Assembly: GCA_950072105.1 (NCBI GenBank)
Contig: CATMOE010000004.1
Coordinates: 1-64,000 of the forward strand
DNA: 64,000 bases
From: an uncultured Dehalococcoidia bacterium
GTDB lineage: Bacteria; Chloroflexota; Dehalococcoidia; Lucifugimonadales; UBA3495
Reading direction: 5' to 3'
In this document: positions 1 to 9,525 of the stretch, one piece after another
Position numbering within the stretch: the stretch's first letter is position 1
Layout: every line of letters starts with the position of its first letter
Made by a program: the position numbers and the translations under genes
Notes under the pieces: generated by a model
The model's database searches: none
Seen by the model: only the letters and a program-made list of their open reading frames with translations
Told to the model about the DNA's origin: nothing

Positions 1-1624
1 ACCAGGAGTCCAAACCCACCACCACTCTCATGTTTTTCTCCCCTTAAAAGTGTCCCATTATCGCTGAACGCCTACAGTCATGCGCCTGTCTAGTAAGGCC
101 CAAATCAGAGGGCATGGCAAGGAACGTCAAGAAGAAGATGAAATAAAGGACTATGTAGATGAGCTGGATGCTTGCATTACTGACACCTGGTTTGTAGCAG
201 AGCGGGCAACTATATTTGACAGGCCCCATTTCGAAGCGCTTTTGACGCAAGGAATCTCTATGCGCCGCCAAGGTACCATTGACGGACTAATATTGGGATC
301 GGTTGACCGGTTGTCCCGAGACCCGTTCTATGGCGGAGCAGTATGCCGAGACGCGCTTAGGGCCGGACTCAGGCTATTCTTCGCCGAGGATAGGCTTGAT
401 GCTTTCCGAGAAGAGGATCAAGTCAATATAATCAGTCACCTAGTAGCGTCTCGGAAATACGCTCAAAGACTAAAAGCCCAGACAATGCCAGCTAGAAAGG
501 CCAGAGCTCGCGTTGGGAAGATACCGAATGGGCAAGTCCGTTGGCCATTTGATTACGATTCGTCCAGCGGTAAGGCTTCGCCGAACCCAGAGCGGGCTCG
601 TTGGGTCCAGAAATGGTATCAAGAGTTGAGAAACGGTGGATCGTTGGGGTCCATCAAGAAGACGATGGAGCAGGCAAAAATCCCCGCGCCGAAAGGTGGT
701 ACTACGTGGAGCCGTTCGACCATTAGGCGTATCTTATCTGACCCGGCAATAAAGGGAGACTTTACGTATGGATTCGAAAGAATGGAAGCCCGAGAGTATT
801 GGGAACCTTCCCGGAGGGTTCCTTCAGAGCCGGTGTTGATATATTCCGATAAGACGGACGCAATCTTAGAAGTCGAAGAATGGGACTATGTCCAGATGGT
901 CCTTGGAAGAAATAAAGAGTACTCTCGCCGAAACACACAGTATGACTATTCACCATTGAAGGGGCTAGTAATATGCCCGTGTGGGCGCAAGGTGGGCGCG
1001 TACACACACCGCAAGAGTGGGATCGGTTATTTTCGCTGCGGTACCTGCCGCAACGGGGATGTGAGCACCCAGAAACTTTGGGACTCTGTTCGTGATTGGT
1101 TAGAATCTTGCATCTCCTCATACAATGTATTTGCCGCTTTGGTTTCAAACGGAATGGAGGCACCGGACTCAATTGGGCAGATCGAAAAACAGGTAGCCGA
1201 GGATGTAGCGGAGATCGAGGTGATCAACGAGTCGATTACCCGGGCGATTCGAATGGGTGTACGTCTGAGTAGTTACGAGGACCGTTTTGAAAGCATCATC
1301 CAGGAGTTGGAAGTCCGTCTGGCTCAGGTACAAGCGAGTCTGGCAGTGCGGCAGAATGTGCTTAATGATCGGAAAGAAAGGGAGGCAGCGGTTCTCACCC
1401 TCGAATCGACGATTAACGCATTTCGGGCTCGGCTACCGTCCGTTACAGATTCCGAGTGGCGTCAGCTATTGCTTGATTTGGGGTTGACCGCAGTGATCAA
1501 ACCCAGGAGTAAAGCGGATATTATGGTCAGCGTTAGACTCTCGACACTAATAAATCAGCGGATCGAGCAACCTGTGGCCCAGACCGGGCAAATTCTTGGT
1601 GGGGTTATGTACCTTCATTCTTAA
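1..1624. mobile_element. Right end of an integrative element (prophage/IME/island) inserted in comM; continues left of the window
   Basis: Large serine recombinase ending at a truncated comM 5' fragment; sequence looks less GC-rich than the region beyond ~1625. Confidence 0.8.
80..1624 (+). CDS. Large serine recombinase/integrase (resolvase + recombinase + Zn-ribbon/coiled-coil)
   Basis: RLSSxxQ catalytic Ser motif, DRLSR, PFDY, WSRSTIRRILSDP, CPCG...CGTC Zn ribbon, coiled coil; true N-terminus may be frameshifted. Confidence 0.92.
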   Translation: MRLSSKAQIRGHGKERQEEDEIKDYVDELDACITDTWFVAERATIFDRPHFEALLTQGISMRRQGTIDGLILGSVDRLSRDPFYGGAVCRDALRAGLRLFFAEDRLDAFREEDQVNIISHLVASRKYAQRLKAQTMPARKARARVGKIPNGQVRWPFDYDSSSGKASPNPERARWVQKWYQELRNGGSLGSIKKTMEQAKIPAPKGGTTWSRSTIRRILSDPAIKGDFTYGFERMEAREYWEPSRRVPSEPVLIYSDKTDAILEVEEWDYVQMVLGRNKEYSRRNTQYDYSPLKGLVICPCGRKVGAYTHRKSGIGYFRCGTCRNGDVSTQKLWDSVRDWLESCISSYNVFAALVSNGMEAPDSIGQIEKQVAEDVAEIEVINESITRAIRMGVRLSSYEDRFESIIQELEVRLAQVQASLAVRQNVLNDRKEREAAVLTLESTINAFRARLPSVTDSEWRQLLLDLGLTAVIKPRSKADIMVSVRLSTLINQRIEQPVAQTGQILGGVMYLHS

Positions 1625-1715
1625 AGGCCGGCAATCCCGGCGATATGTCTACTTCAGCCTGTACGATGTAGCCGTCGAGGCCCAGCACCGCGCAGGTTTG
1701 GGCTGTTGCAAGCAT
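1605..1715 (-). pseudogene. comM: 5' fragment of comM/yifB (Mg-chelatase-like AAA+ ATPase) interrupted by the element
   Basis: Manual translation MLATAQTCAVLGLDGYIVQAEVDISPGLPAF|KNEGT*; first 31 aa match the YifB/ComM N-terminus (…G.D...V.VEVDISPGLP.F); GGAG RBS at 1724-1727. Confidence 0.85.
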
Positions 1716-1751
1716 GGGAGCAACTCCGGGCGAATTTTTGATTGCGCCTTC

Positions 1752-2525
1752 TTAAAGGTCCTTGCTCACTCGGTCGACATAATCTAGCCAGACACCGTTG
1801 TTAACCGGCGCCGGAGACCCGCCGAACAACTCGGCGAGATGGGGCAGTTCATGTACCGGAGGCCGGTTGTCGCTCTCGGCGATCAGATCCTCGGGTATTT
1901 GGGCATGGTTGGGACCCGCCGCGCAGTAGGCGTACCAGTTCATCCTCGCCTGTTCTTCCAACTGGAACATGTTCATCACAGACTGGATAAGGTCCTTGCC
2001 CACGGTGGCGGCCCCATGGCCCAGCAAGAGCACGGCGGGTGCGTCTCCCAAAGTTTCGGCTACTTCCGTGCCGTCCTCGTCGGTCAGGATGAGTTTGTTG
2101 TGGGGATACACCGGCAGAGGGTGGCGGACCAAGTCGATCCCCTCTGGGCACATCGGCACCAGGGTCTTCTGGAGAACGCTCATGACCACGGTATAGCGAG
2201 GGTGAACGTGGACTATAGACTGGACTTCGGGCCGGGCCCGGTAGATGCAGGAGTGCATCTTGATCTCGTAGCAGGGGGTCAGCCCGGCTGGTCCTTCGAC
2301 CTGGCTTCCGTTTAAGTCGCAGACGACCATTTCGTGGGGCAGCACCCGGGACAAGACGTCGATGGCGTAGCCCCGTCCTTTGACCGCGAACCTGCCCGAG
2401 TCGGAAGGGAGTCTCATGCTGGCGTGGCCCAAGGATGCGGTGACTCCGGTCGTCAAACCCATCTCGGAAAGTATCCTGTTGGCCACGGCTACCTGGTATT
2501 TGACGTCGTCCAACTCCGTCGGCAT
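1752..2525 (-). CDS. Class II aldolase/adducin family protein
   Basis: GHAS.R, E..MH..IY.ARP.V.SIVHVH, LLLGHG metal-binding motifs. Confidence 0.88.
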   Translation of the reverse strand: MPTELDDVKYQVAVANRILSEMGLTTGVTASLGHASMRLPSDSGRFAVKGRGYAIDVLSRVLPHEMVVCDLNGSQVEGPAGLTPCYEIKMHSCIYRARPEVQSIVHVHPRYTVVMSVLQKTLVPMCPEGIDLVRHPLPVYPHNKLILTDEDGTEVAETLGDAPAVLLLGHGAATVGKDLIQSVMNMFQLEEQARMNWYAYCAAGPNHAQIPEDLIAESDNRPPVHELPHLAELFGGSPAPVNNGVWLDYVDRVSKDL

Positions 2526-2606
2526 GGCATGCGCTCCTCAAGGGCTGCATCCGGAAATGGGGTGCCTTGATGCGAGGCTTACTATACGGGAAGTTGGACG
2601 GTTAAT

Positions 2607-3431
2607 CTATGGTGCGGCGACAGTAACAACGGTGAGGTCGTTGGCGGCGGAGATGGTGCCCTGGTAATGAAGTCTGGCATCGTTGATCAATGGCTGGGTG
2701 TCGGCGCTGAAGGGGGAGTCTATGTGGGTGATGACCAACTCGTCAACCCCGGCTTGGGCGGCTACCCTCGCGGCCTCTCCGGCGCTGGAATGGCCCCGGC
2801 TATTAGCCAGTTTTCGGTCTTTGTCCGTGCAGAAGGCTTCATGGATCAATAACCGGGCCCCCTGGGACGCTTCGGCAACGCTGGGGCTAAAACGGGTGTC
2901 ACCCGAGAACACCACGGACACTCCGTGGGACTCTATCTTCCAACCAACGGCCCCGGGTATGTGGTCCGCGGGGAAGGTGCTGGCCCGGGTGTTGGGCCCC
3001 AGGGTGATCCATTGCTCGTTATCGACTGCGGTCCAACGCAAAAAAGGGCTTCCGTCGGCGAAGTAGGCGCCTTCCTGGTCCACCGAAGGGACGTTCAGTT
3101 GAGTCGCCAGGCAAACCTTCCCCAGCCGGTCCAAGGCTTGCTCAGTGCTGAAGACTTGGAGTGGCGCGCTTTCCGAGTCTACCCGGCGGCGTTGACCCGA
3201 GATGAATGGGATTCCGCCCATGTGGTCGCCATGATGGTGGGTGAGCAACACCTGATCAAATTGGCTTGCCAGCATGCCCACGGCCGCGCCCTGACGCATG
3301 ACCGAGTTACCGGAGCTGGAATCCAGCAGCAGCCGGGTACCGTCGGCGCAGTCAACGACGATGGCCGTGTGGGCCCGGTGAATGCAGTTCCCGGCTCCCG
3401 TGCCGAGAAATGTGATCGTTATATCTGCCAA
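2607..3431 (-). CDS. RNase Z/BN-like MBL-fold hydrolase
   Basis: FLGTG, THHHGDH, FSGDT, LIHEA, GHS, THI motifs; 274 aa, no obvious exosite arm. Confidence 0.8.
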   Translation of the reverse strand: MADITITFLGTGAGNCIHRAHTAIVVDCADGTRLLLDSSSGNSVMRQGAAVGMLASQFDQVLLTHHHGDHMGGIPFISGQRRRVDSESAPLQVFSTEQALDRLGKVCLATQLNVPSVDQEGAYFADGSPFLRWTAVDNEQWITLGPNTRASTFPADHIPGAVGWKIESHGVSVVFSGDTRFSPSVAEASQGARLLIHEAFCTDKDRKLANSRGHSSAGEAARVAAQAGVDELVITHIDSPFSADTQPLINDARLHYQGTISAANDLTVVTVAAP

Positions 3432-3453
3432 TGCTGATCTCCCAAGGTAATAC

Positions 3454-4098
3454 TTAAGGCTGGGACTCCTGCCATTCGGCCATCCTGAGCTCTAGTTTGT
3501 GTTGGCGCAGAGCCATGGTCAGGTCGCCACGGGTGCGCTCCAATACTCCCCGCATCATGTCGGTGCTGTGGCGGAGGCCAGCGGTAACGCCCTCGGGGAA
3601 GTCCACGGTTACCAACAGGCTGTAAATCTCGTCCATCACGTCCATCAATTCTTGGCAACGGTCGAAGGAGTCTCGACGCAGAGAGTCCAGGATATAACGC
3701 CGCAACTCTCCGATGACTTCAGCTAGACCGTTGAGGTAGGCTGGGGGGTCGATGCCCAGGTCTTCCGGTTGGGGGATAGCCCCGCCGGATATCACGGCGT
3801 AGGTGACGTTGGCCTCGGCGAACTCCTTGCGGGCGTCGGACATGAAGGGTGCGAAGTAGATCTCCGGGGTGTCTTGACGGAACGTCTCGGCGTCTTCAAG
3901 CCGCGCCCTACCTTGGGCGATGAGCTTGTCAGCCTCTTCCAAATGTCCCCGATGCACGGCCCGGATAGCGTTGGCCGAGAATCGAATGACCTCCCGGGAT
4001 ATTGGCAGAGCCTGTTCTCGGGAACGATTCCGAACCGTTAGGCGCTCAATGGCCTTGGAGACGACATCCGCCAAGGCCGGCTCATATGACGAAGGCAT
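3454..4098 (-). CDS. Translin/TRAX family protein
   Basis: RE...SREVIR.S..AI..VH, KEFAEA, YLNGLAEVIGELRR motifs. Confidence 0.82.
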   Translation of the reverse strand: MPSSYEPALADVVSKAIERLTVRNRSREQALPISREVIRFSANAIRAVHRGHLEEADKLIAQGRARLEDAETFRQDTPEIYFAPFMSDARKEFAEANVTYAVISGGAIPQPEDLGIDPPAYLNGLAEVIGELRRYILDSLRRDSFDRCQELMDVMDEIYSLLVTVDFPEGVTAGLRHSTDMMRGVLERTRGDLTMALRQHKLELRMAEWQESQP

Positions 4099-5084
4099 TA
4101 AACCCTACCTCCGGCCAGCCTGATCGCTTCTACCATGGCGCTGGCGGCCGCTTCAGGTTCGGCAGCCGACGCCACGGCAGCGGTCACGCAGATCGCGTCG
4201 GCTCCGGCTTCCACCACCGGAGCCACGTTGTCGATGTTGATCCCTCCGATGGCAACCAACGGCACTTTGGCCAGTTCCCGGGCGCGGCGCAACGGCTCAA
4301 TACCCTGCGGGGGCCGGCCCACTCCTTTGGTGGTAGTTTGATAGATGGCGCCGAAGGCCACGTGATCGGCGCCCATCTCCTGCGACTCAACCAGCTGGTC
4401 AAACTCCCGATTTGACCGCCCCAACACTTGGTGCGGAGCCAACACTTTGCGTACCTGGTCTACCGGCATATCGGTTTGGCCCACGTGAACTCCCGCCGAA
4501 CCGATGGTGGCGCCCAGATCCACGTGGTCGTTAACGATCAACATCACGTTGTTTTCCTGGCACAACTGCTGCAACGGCGTGGCCAGGGATAAAATCTCTC
4601 CCTTGTCCCGGAGCTTGTCCCGGAGTTGAAGCATCGCCGCACCGCCCCGGACCGCCGCTATGGCTATGTCCATGGGATCTCTACCGCCGGTCACCTGGGG
4701 GTCGATGATCACGTACAATCCCCGGATCTTGTTCGCCTGCGCCTGGCGAAGGGCGGCGCCCAGACCGGCGGTTAGGGCCGTTAGAGTTTCTGACAGGGCC
4801 TGGTCCATCTCGGAGTTTACCGGTCCTCCGGTCCCCTGTCCCGTTAAGACCGTTAGCAACTCCCGTGACGTCGTGATCAGCGTCAGCGCTTCGGGGAGGC
4901 CCAATTCGGACGTTCCTACAGACGGTGCGGCGGACAAGTGGGACATCAGCACCAGCACCAAGTTACGCAAACGGTGCAGAGCGTCGGAGGCGGCGGGCGT
5001 GGTCGGACACTGCTCGGCGACGGTGTACAAGCAATGCACCATGGAGTTGTAACAGTTTTCCGGCAGGGTGTTTGAGGTTGTCAT
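4098..5084 (-). CDS. thiE: Thiamine-phosphate synthase with N-terminal extension
   Basis: GLYVI, QLRDK, IVND, GVHVGQ.D, T.TK, VAIGGI. Confidence 0.9.
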   Translation of the reverse strand: MTTSNTLPENCYNSMVHCLYTVAEQCPTTPAASDALHRLRNLVLVLMSHLSAAPSVGTSELGLPEALTLITTSRELLTVLTGQGTGGPVNSEMDQALSETLTALTAGLGAALRQAQANKIRGLYVIIDPQVTGGRDPMDIAIAAVRGGAAMLQLRDKLRDKGEILSLATPLQQLCQENNVMLIVNDHVDLGATIGSAGVHVGQTDMPVDQVRKVLAPHQVLGRSNREFDQLVESQEMGADHVAFGAIYQTTTKGVGRPPQGIEPLRRARELAKVPLVAIGGINIDNVAPVVEAGADAICVTAAVASAAEPEAAASAMVEAIRLAGGRV

Positions 5085-5422
5085 ATATCTATCCCTTGAG
5101 GAAGGTGGCCATCACGGGCAGCGTCGATGGATTCCCGGACCGGCTTGGGAATTTCCACACCGTACCGGGAGAAGCTCTCCTCCACGTTGCGTCCGATGTT
5201 GCGGGGGTCGCGGTAGTAGTCCATCCCGGCTGCAGACTGTCCTGACGGAGAGGTTTGATGCACGGAAGCGACTGTCTTCCCCAAAGCAAAAGAGGACATT
5301 CGGCGTTGCATCTCATTGCTTTGACAGTGCTGGCAGGCGGGCTCCAGGTCAACGCCGATGGACCTGACAAAAAATGAGGAAACTCCGCCGCAAGACTGAC
5401 ATCGGTATTCGTAGATCGGCAT
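5081..5422 (-). CDS. FmdB-family zinc-ribbon protein
   Basis: MPIYEYRCxxC...CxxC. Confidence 0.85.
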   Translation of the reverse strand: MPIYEYRCQSCGGVSSFFVRSIGVDLEPACQHCQSNEMQRRMSSFALGKTVASVHQTSPSGQSAAGMDYYRDPRNIGRNVEESFSRYGVEIPKPVRESIDAARDGHLPQGIDI

Positions 5423-5559
5423 CGTCTGGTTTGGTTTCCCCGCCTTGGATTTAATGAGAACCGGTTGATCTGAAATTCCAGGTATTAGCCGTCTGAAGGG
5501 CGAATCAACGGACCATGGATTCCCAAGTCGTTATCCAACTAGATCACGAGGGAATGCGG

Positions 5560-5877
5560 CTAGGGATCAGTGGTCCATTCCTTACGCATCTGATTGAAAT
5601 CCGAGGTGACTTGGCCGCCCATCTCGCGTTTGATCCGGCCCATATAGTTGTCAATGCTTTTAGGACTGTCTTCGTCCACGTCTCGCGAGGTCTCTCCGCT
5701 GGGAACCCAGTTCAAGCTATCGCCCCACGAGGCTCGAAACGTAAATCCCGAAATCAGTTTGCCCAGATTTTCGCTGCCGCAACCGGAGCATACCGGGTCG
5801 GCCTTCGTGGACCAGGAATATGACAGAACCGAGGTTACGCCCTGGCAATCTTGGCATCGGTAGTCGTGGATCGGCAT
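5560..5877 (-). CDS. FmdB-family zinc-ribbon protein
   Basis: MPIHDYRCxxC...CxxCGS; start moved to the internal ATG at 5877. Confidence 0.82.
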   Translation of the reverse strand: MPIHDYRCQDCQGVTSVLSYSWSTKADPVCSGCGSENLGKLISGFTFRASWGDSLNWVPSGETSRDVDEDSPKSIDNYMGRIKREMGGQVTSDFNQMRKEWTTDP

Positions 5878-6026
5878 GAAGTTTGTCCTACGCTGAATCT
5901 CAAGAGCATTGTAGCATGGGCGGACATTGCCTTGAAGAGTGTTCCCAGGCTGAAGGCCTACCCGGCCGGGTGTATAATGCAGCCGACCGGGCCCACACCA
6001 TTCCACACGACTGCCGAGGTGCCGCC

Positions 6027-8798
6027 ATGCCCACCGCCGAGGGCCAAACCCTGCCCATGTTCGCTAACCCAGGCGCCCCTCTCTTGATGTTGATGGATGG
6101 CCATGCCATGGTCCATCGTTCTTTTCATGCCATATCGGCACAGGGACATCTCACTGTATCGGCCACCGGCGAAGACACCACCGCCGTAGTTGGATTCGCC
6201 AACACATTTCTCCGGGCCCTGCAAGACTGGAAGCCGACATATTGCGCCATCGCCTTTGATACTTCGGCCCCCACGTTCAGGCATATACAATTTGAACAAT
6301 ACAAGGCGCAAAGGGCGTCGATGCCGCCGGAACTGAGGCCCCAGTTCGATAGGGTCAAGCAGTTGATGGCTGGGTTTGGCGTTCCCATCTTCGAATGCGA
6401 AGGCTACGAAGCTGATGACATTATCGGCACCCTTTCCCGGCAGGCTGAAGAGCAGGGTATCGATACCATCATACTGACGGGAGACCGGGACACCTTCCAA
6501 TTGATTACACCTGGAGTCCGGGTGGACTTGTCCTACAGCATTCAGAATCGCAAGGTGTATGACGAAGTGGAACTGGCGGCCCGCTACTCGGGACTCACCG
6601 CCGCCCAGCAGCCGGACTTCAAGGCTCTCTTGGGAGATACTTCAGACAATATTCCCGGCGTGCCCAAAGTTGGCGAGAAGCGGGCAATCGGTCTGCTTAC
6701 CGAGTTCGGCGACCTTGAAGGCGTGTTCGCCAACCTGGAACACGTAAAACCACCCAGCGTGAAGCTTTCCTTGGAGGAGAATCGGGAACGGGCTTTCGAG
6801 AACCGCATACTGATGACCATCGACCGGAACACGCCGGTGGAACTGGACCCGGGAGCCTCCAGATTTGGTGTTTATGACCGAACCTCAGTGGTGGACCTGC
6901 TGACCGAGTTGGAGATGTTCAACGTCATCCAACGACTGCCTCCTTCGGTGGCCGGTGGCTCTACGGCACCCGACGCAGTCACCGCCACTTCGCCGAGAGA
7001 GCCCAGCGGCGATTATCAAGCCGTCCAAACCGAAGAGCAACTGGAAGCCTTGATCGCCGTTCTTGAAGAGTCTGGGAGCTTCGCCTTCGACACCGAAACC
7101 ACCGCACTGGACCCCATGCGGGCAGACTTGGTTGGCCTCAGCTTTTCCGTGTCTCCCGGCCGTGCCTGGTATGTCCCCGTCGGGCATAAAGAAGGCACTC
7201 AGCTTCCCCTGGAATTTGTCCTCGCCCGCTTGAGGCCGTTGATGGAGTCGACCGAACTGGCCAAATGCGCTCACAACGCCAACTACGATGTGATGGTGCT
7301 GGCCAATCACGGCATCAATTGCCAGAACGTAGATTTCGATACGATGATTGCCGCCCACCTATTGAGCAAGGGCGCCTTGGGGCTGAAGAACCTGTCGTTA
7401 AACGTACTAGGCCACGAAATGACCCCCATATCCGACCTGATCGGCACGGGCCGCAAGCAGATCACTTTTGATCAGGTGGACATTGCGGATGCCGTGGACT
7501 ACGCCGCCGCCGACGCCGACATGACCGGCCGGCTTAGGGAAAATATGGAAGGCCAAGTAGCCGCACAAGGTTTGACCGGCTTGATGGCCGATATGGAGAT
7601 GCCCTTGGTGCCGGTCCTGGTTACGATGCAGCGGCACGGCATCAAATTGGACGCCGGCGCACTTCACGAGATGTCCAGGGACTTGACCGAAAATATGTCG
7701 AAAGTGGAGGTGGACCTGTACGAGTCCATCGGCCATACGGTGAACATCAACTCGCCCCAGCAACTCAGCGGCCTACTGTTCAACGAGCTGGGATTGCCGC
7801 GCACCAAACGCACCAAAACCGGCTACTCCACCGATGCTAACTCCTTGGAAGGCCTCAAGGGCCTGCATCCAGTGGTTGACAATATCCTGGAATACCGCCA
7901 GATCTCCAAGCTCAAATCCACCTACGTTGATGCCCTGCCCGACATGGTCAACCCAACAACCGGGCGGATCCACACCAGCTATAACCAAACGGGATCGGCC
8001 ACCGGACGCATGTCCAGCAGCGACCCCAACCTGCAAAACATACCCATCCGAACCGATATGGGACGCCAGGTGCGCAAAGCCTTCGTGGCGGACAACTCAC
8101 CGGCGTGGCTGCTGTTCTCCGCCGACTACTCCCAGATCGAACTGCGAGTGCTGGCCCATCTGTCTCAAGACCCGGGCCTCTTGGACGCCTTCCGCCGCGG
8201 CGAGGACATTCATTCGTCCACGGCTTCGTTGATGTTCGACGTGTCCATGAACGACGTGGATTCGGACATGCGCCGCATCGCCAAGGTCCTCAACTTCGGC
8301 GTCATTTACGGACTATCCGCTCACGGCATCGCCCAGCAGACCGGGTTCAGCCGCGAGGAGGGAACCAAGTTCATCGAGTCATATTTCAACAAATACCCCG
8401 GAATCAGCGAGTACATCGAAAGCGTTAAGATCAAGACGAGGGAGACCCAGTTCGTGGAGACCGTGATGGGCCGCCGCCGGTACTTGCCCGACATCAACTC
8501 ATCCAACTTCAACGTGCGGGGGGGAGCGGAACGCATGGCGGTGAATATGCCGATCCAGGGCACCGCCGCCGACATCATGAAACTAGCCATGATACGGGTT
8601 CACCACCGCCTGGAAGAGGATGACCTGCGTTCCAAGATGCTGCTGCAAGTTCACGACGAGTTGGTCTTCGAGGTCCCACAAGAGGAACTGGAGGCTATCA
8701 AAGAGGTGGTATTCGACGAGATGCCCGCCGCGCTGGATCTGGACGTGAGCCTGAAAGTGGACATAAAGTGGGGCAATACCTGGGGCGACATGGAGTAG
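6027..8798 (+). CDS. polA: DNA polymerase I
   Basis: 5'-3' exo (DG, EADD, GDxSDN), 3'-5' exo DTETT, DYSQIELR, K.LNFG.IYG, VHDE; GAGGT RBS before ATG 6027. Confidence 0.98.
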   Translation: MPTAEGQTLPMFANPGAPLLMLMDGHAMVHRSFHAISAQGHLTVSATGEDTTAVVGFANTFLRALQDWKPTYCAIAFDTSAPTFRHIQFEQYKAQRASMPPELRPQFDRVKQLMAGFGVPIFECEGYEADDIIGTLSRQAEEQGIDTIILTGDRDTFQLITPGVRVDLSYSIQNRKVYDEVELAARYSGLTAAQQPDFKALLGDTSDNIPGVPKVGEKRAIGLLTEFGDLEGVFANLEHVKPPSVKLSLEENRERAFENRILMTIDRNTPVELDPGASRFGVYDRTSVVDLLTELEMFNVIQRLPPSVAGGSTAPDAVTATSPREPSGDYQAVQTEEQLEALIAVLEESGSFAFDTETTALDPMRADLVGLSFSVSPGRAWYVPVGHKEGTQLPLEFVLARLRPLMESTELAKCAHNANYDVMVLANHGINCQNVDFDTMIAAHLLSKGALGLKNLSLNVLGHEMTPISDLIGTGRKQITFDQVDIADAVDYAAADADMTGRLRENMEGQVAAQGLTGLMADMEMPLVPVLVTMQRHGIKLDAGALHEMSRDLTENMSKVEVDLYESIGHTVNINSPQQLSGLLFNELGLPRTKRTKTGYSTDANSLEGLKGLHPVVDNILEYRQISKLKSTYVDALPDMVNPTTGRIHTSYNQTGSATGRMSSSDPNLQNIPIRTDMGRQVRKAFVADNSPAWLLFSADYSQIELRVLAHLSQDPGLLDAFRRGEDIHSSTASLMFDVSMNDVDSDMRRIAKVLNFGVIYGLSAHGIAQQTGFSREEGTKFIESYFNKYPGISEYIESVKIKTRETQFVETVMGRRRYLPDINSSNFNVRGGAERMAVNMPIQGTAADIMKLAMIRVHHRLEEDDLRSKMLLQVHDELVFEVPQEELEAIKEVVFDEMPAALDLDVSLKVDIKWGNTWGDME

Positions 8799-8856
8799 GT
8801 GGGATCAGGCGTATCCCCCATATTTGTTGTAGTTAAAGGATGGTGGCAGATCAGGT

Positions 8857-9525
8857 TTGGCCAACGAAACAACAATCTATGAACAGCGGCACGTTACCCT
8901 GCGTACCGGCGGGTTGGCGGAGTACGTTGCTTACGCCAAGGAACAGGTTGGGCCTGAGCTGAACCGGCAAGGCGCCAAGGTCGTTTGCCTGCTTAACGGA
9001 TTCATCGGACAACCTCAAGAAGAGGTGATGCAGATAACCCGGTTTCCCGATTGGGATTCTTGGAACGGTTACCAACAAAACCGAATCACAGGCGAAAGCG
9101 GGCTGGTCGAAAAAGATGAAGCCCGGTTGTTGAAGGCCGTGGCGAGCCGGCCCAAAGACCAGATCCCTCCGGAGGACAGAAGGGCGGTTTACGGCTACCG
9201 GAGGTATTTCATCCGGCCCGGCGACATAGCCGACTTCGCCCACTATGGAGAGAACGGTGTGTGGCCCCGCATCGAGTCCCAAGGCGCGTGCATCCTCGGA
9301 CTGTGGACCACACTGGCCGTTACCGACCCCTTGGAAGTGATCCTGGTGACTGGATATCATGGGCCAGGCCATTGGGAGGAGACTAGAGTCACCGGACCCA
9401 AGCCAGAGGATGTTGACTCCGGTCTTTGGCAAGGAGATCTGGAGTTGAGGGCTCGCCGCGAGGCGATGACGTTAAAGACATGGGTGTGCCTGATGCAAGC
9501 GATTGAGGTCGCGCCAAATGGGTGA
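8857..9525 (+). CDS. NIPSNAP-like protein (two domains)
   Basis: IYEQR..TL..G and VY.YRRY.I.PG repeats with G.W patterns. Confidence 0.65.
   Translation: MANETTIYEQRHVTLRTGGLAEYVAYAKEQVGPELNRQGAKVVCLLNGFIGQPQEEVMQITRFPDWDSWNGYQQNRITGESGLVEKDEARLLKAVASRPKDQIPPEDRRAVYGYRRYFIRPGDIADFAHYGENGVWPRIESQGACILGLWTTLAVTDPLEVILVTGYHGPGHWEETRVTGPKPEDVDSGLWQGDLELRARREAMTLKTWVCLMQAIEVAPNG

Noticed and set aside
1625..1740. tRNA/tmRNA/SRP RNA as the integration target
   Set aside because: No cloverleaf or conserved RNA motif; fully explained as the comM 5' coding fragment
1618..1758. 10-bp direct repeat TTCTTAAAGG at 1618 and 1749 as an att core or target duplication
   Set aside because: The second copy is the aldolase stop region on the host side; serine integrases need only a short core; likely chance
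5423..5559. TPP riboswitch upstream of the thiE unit
   Set aside because: CUGAGA and ACCUG core motifs not found in the required arrangement
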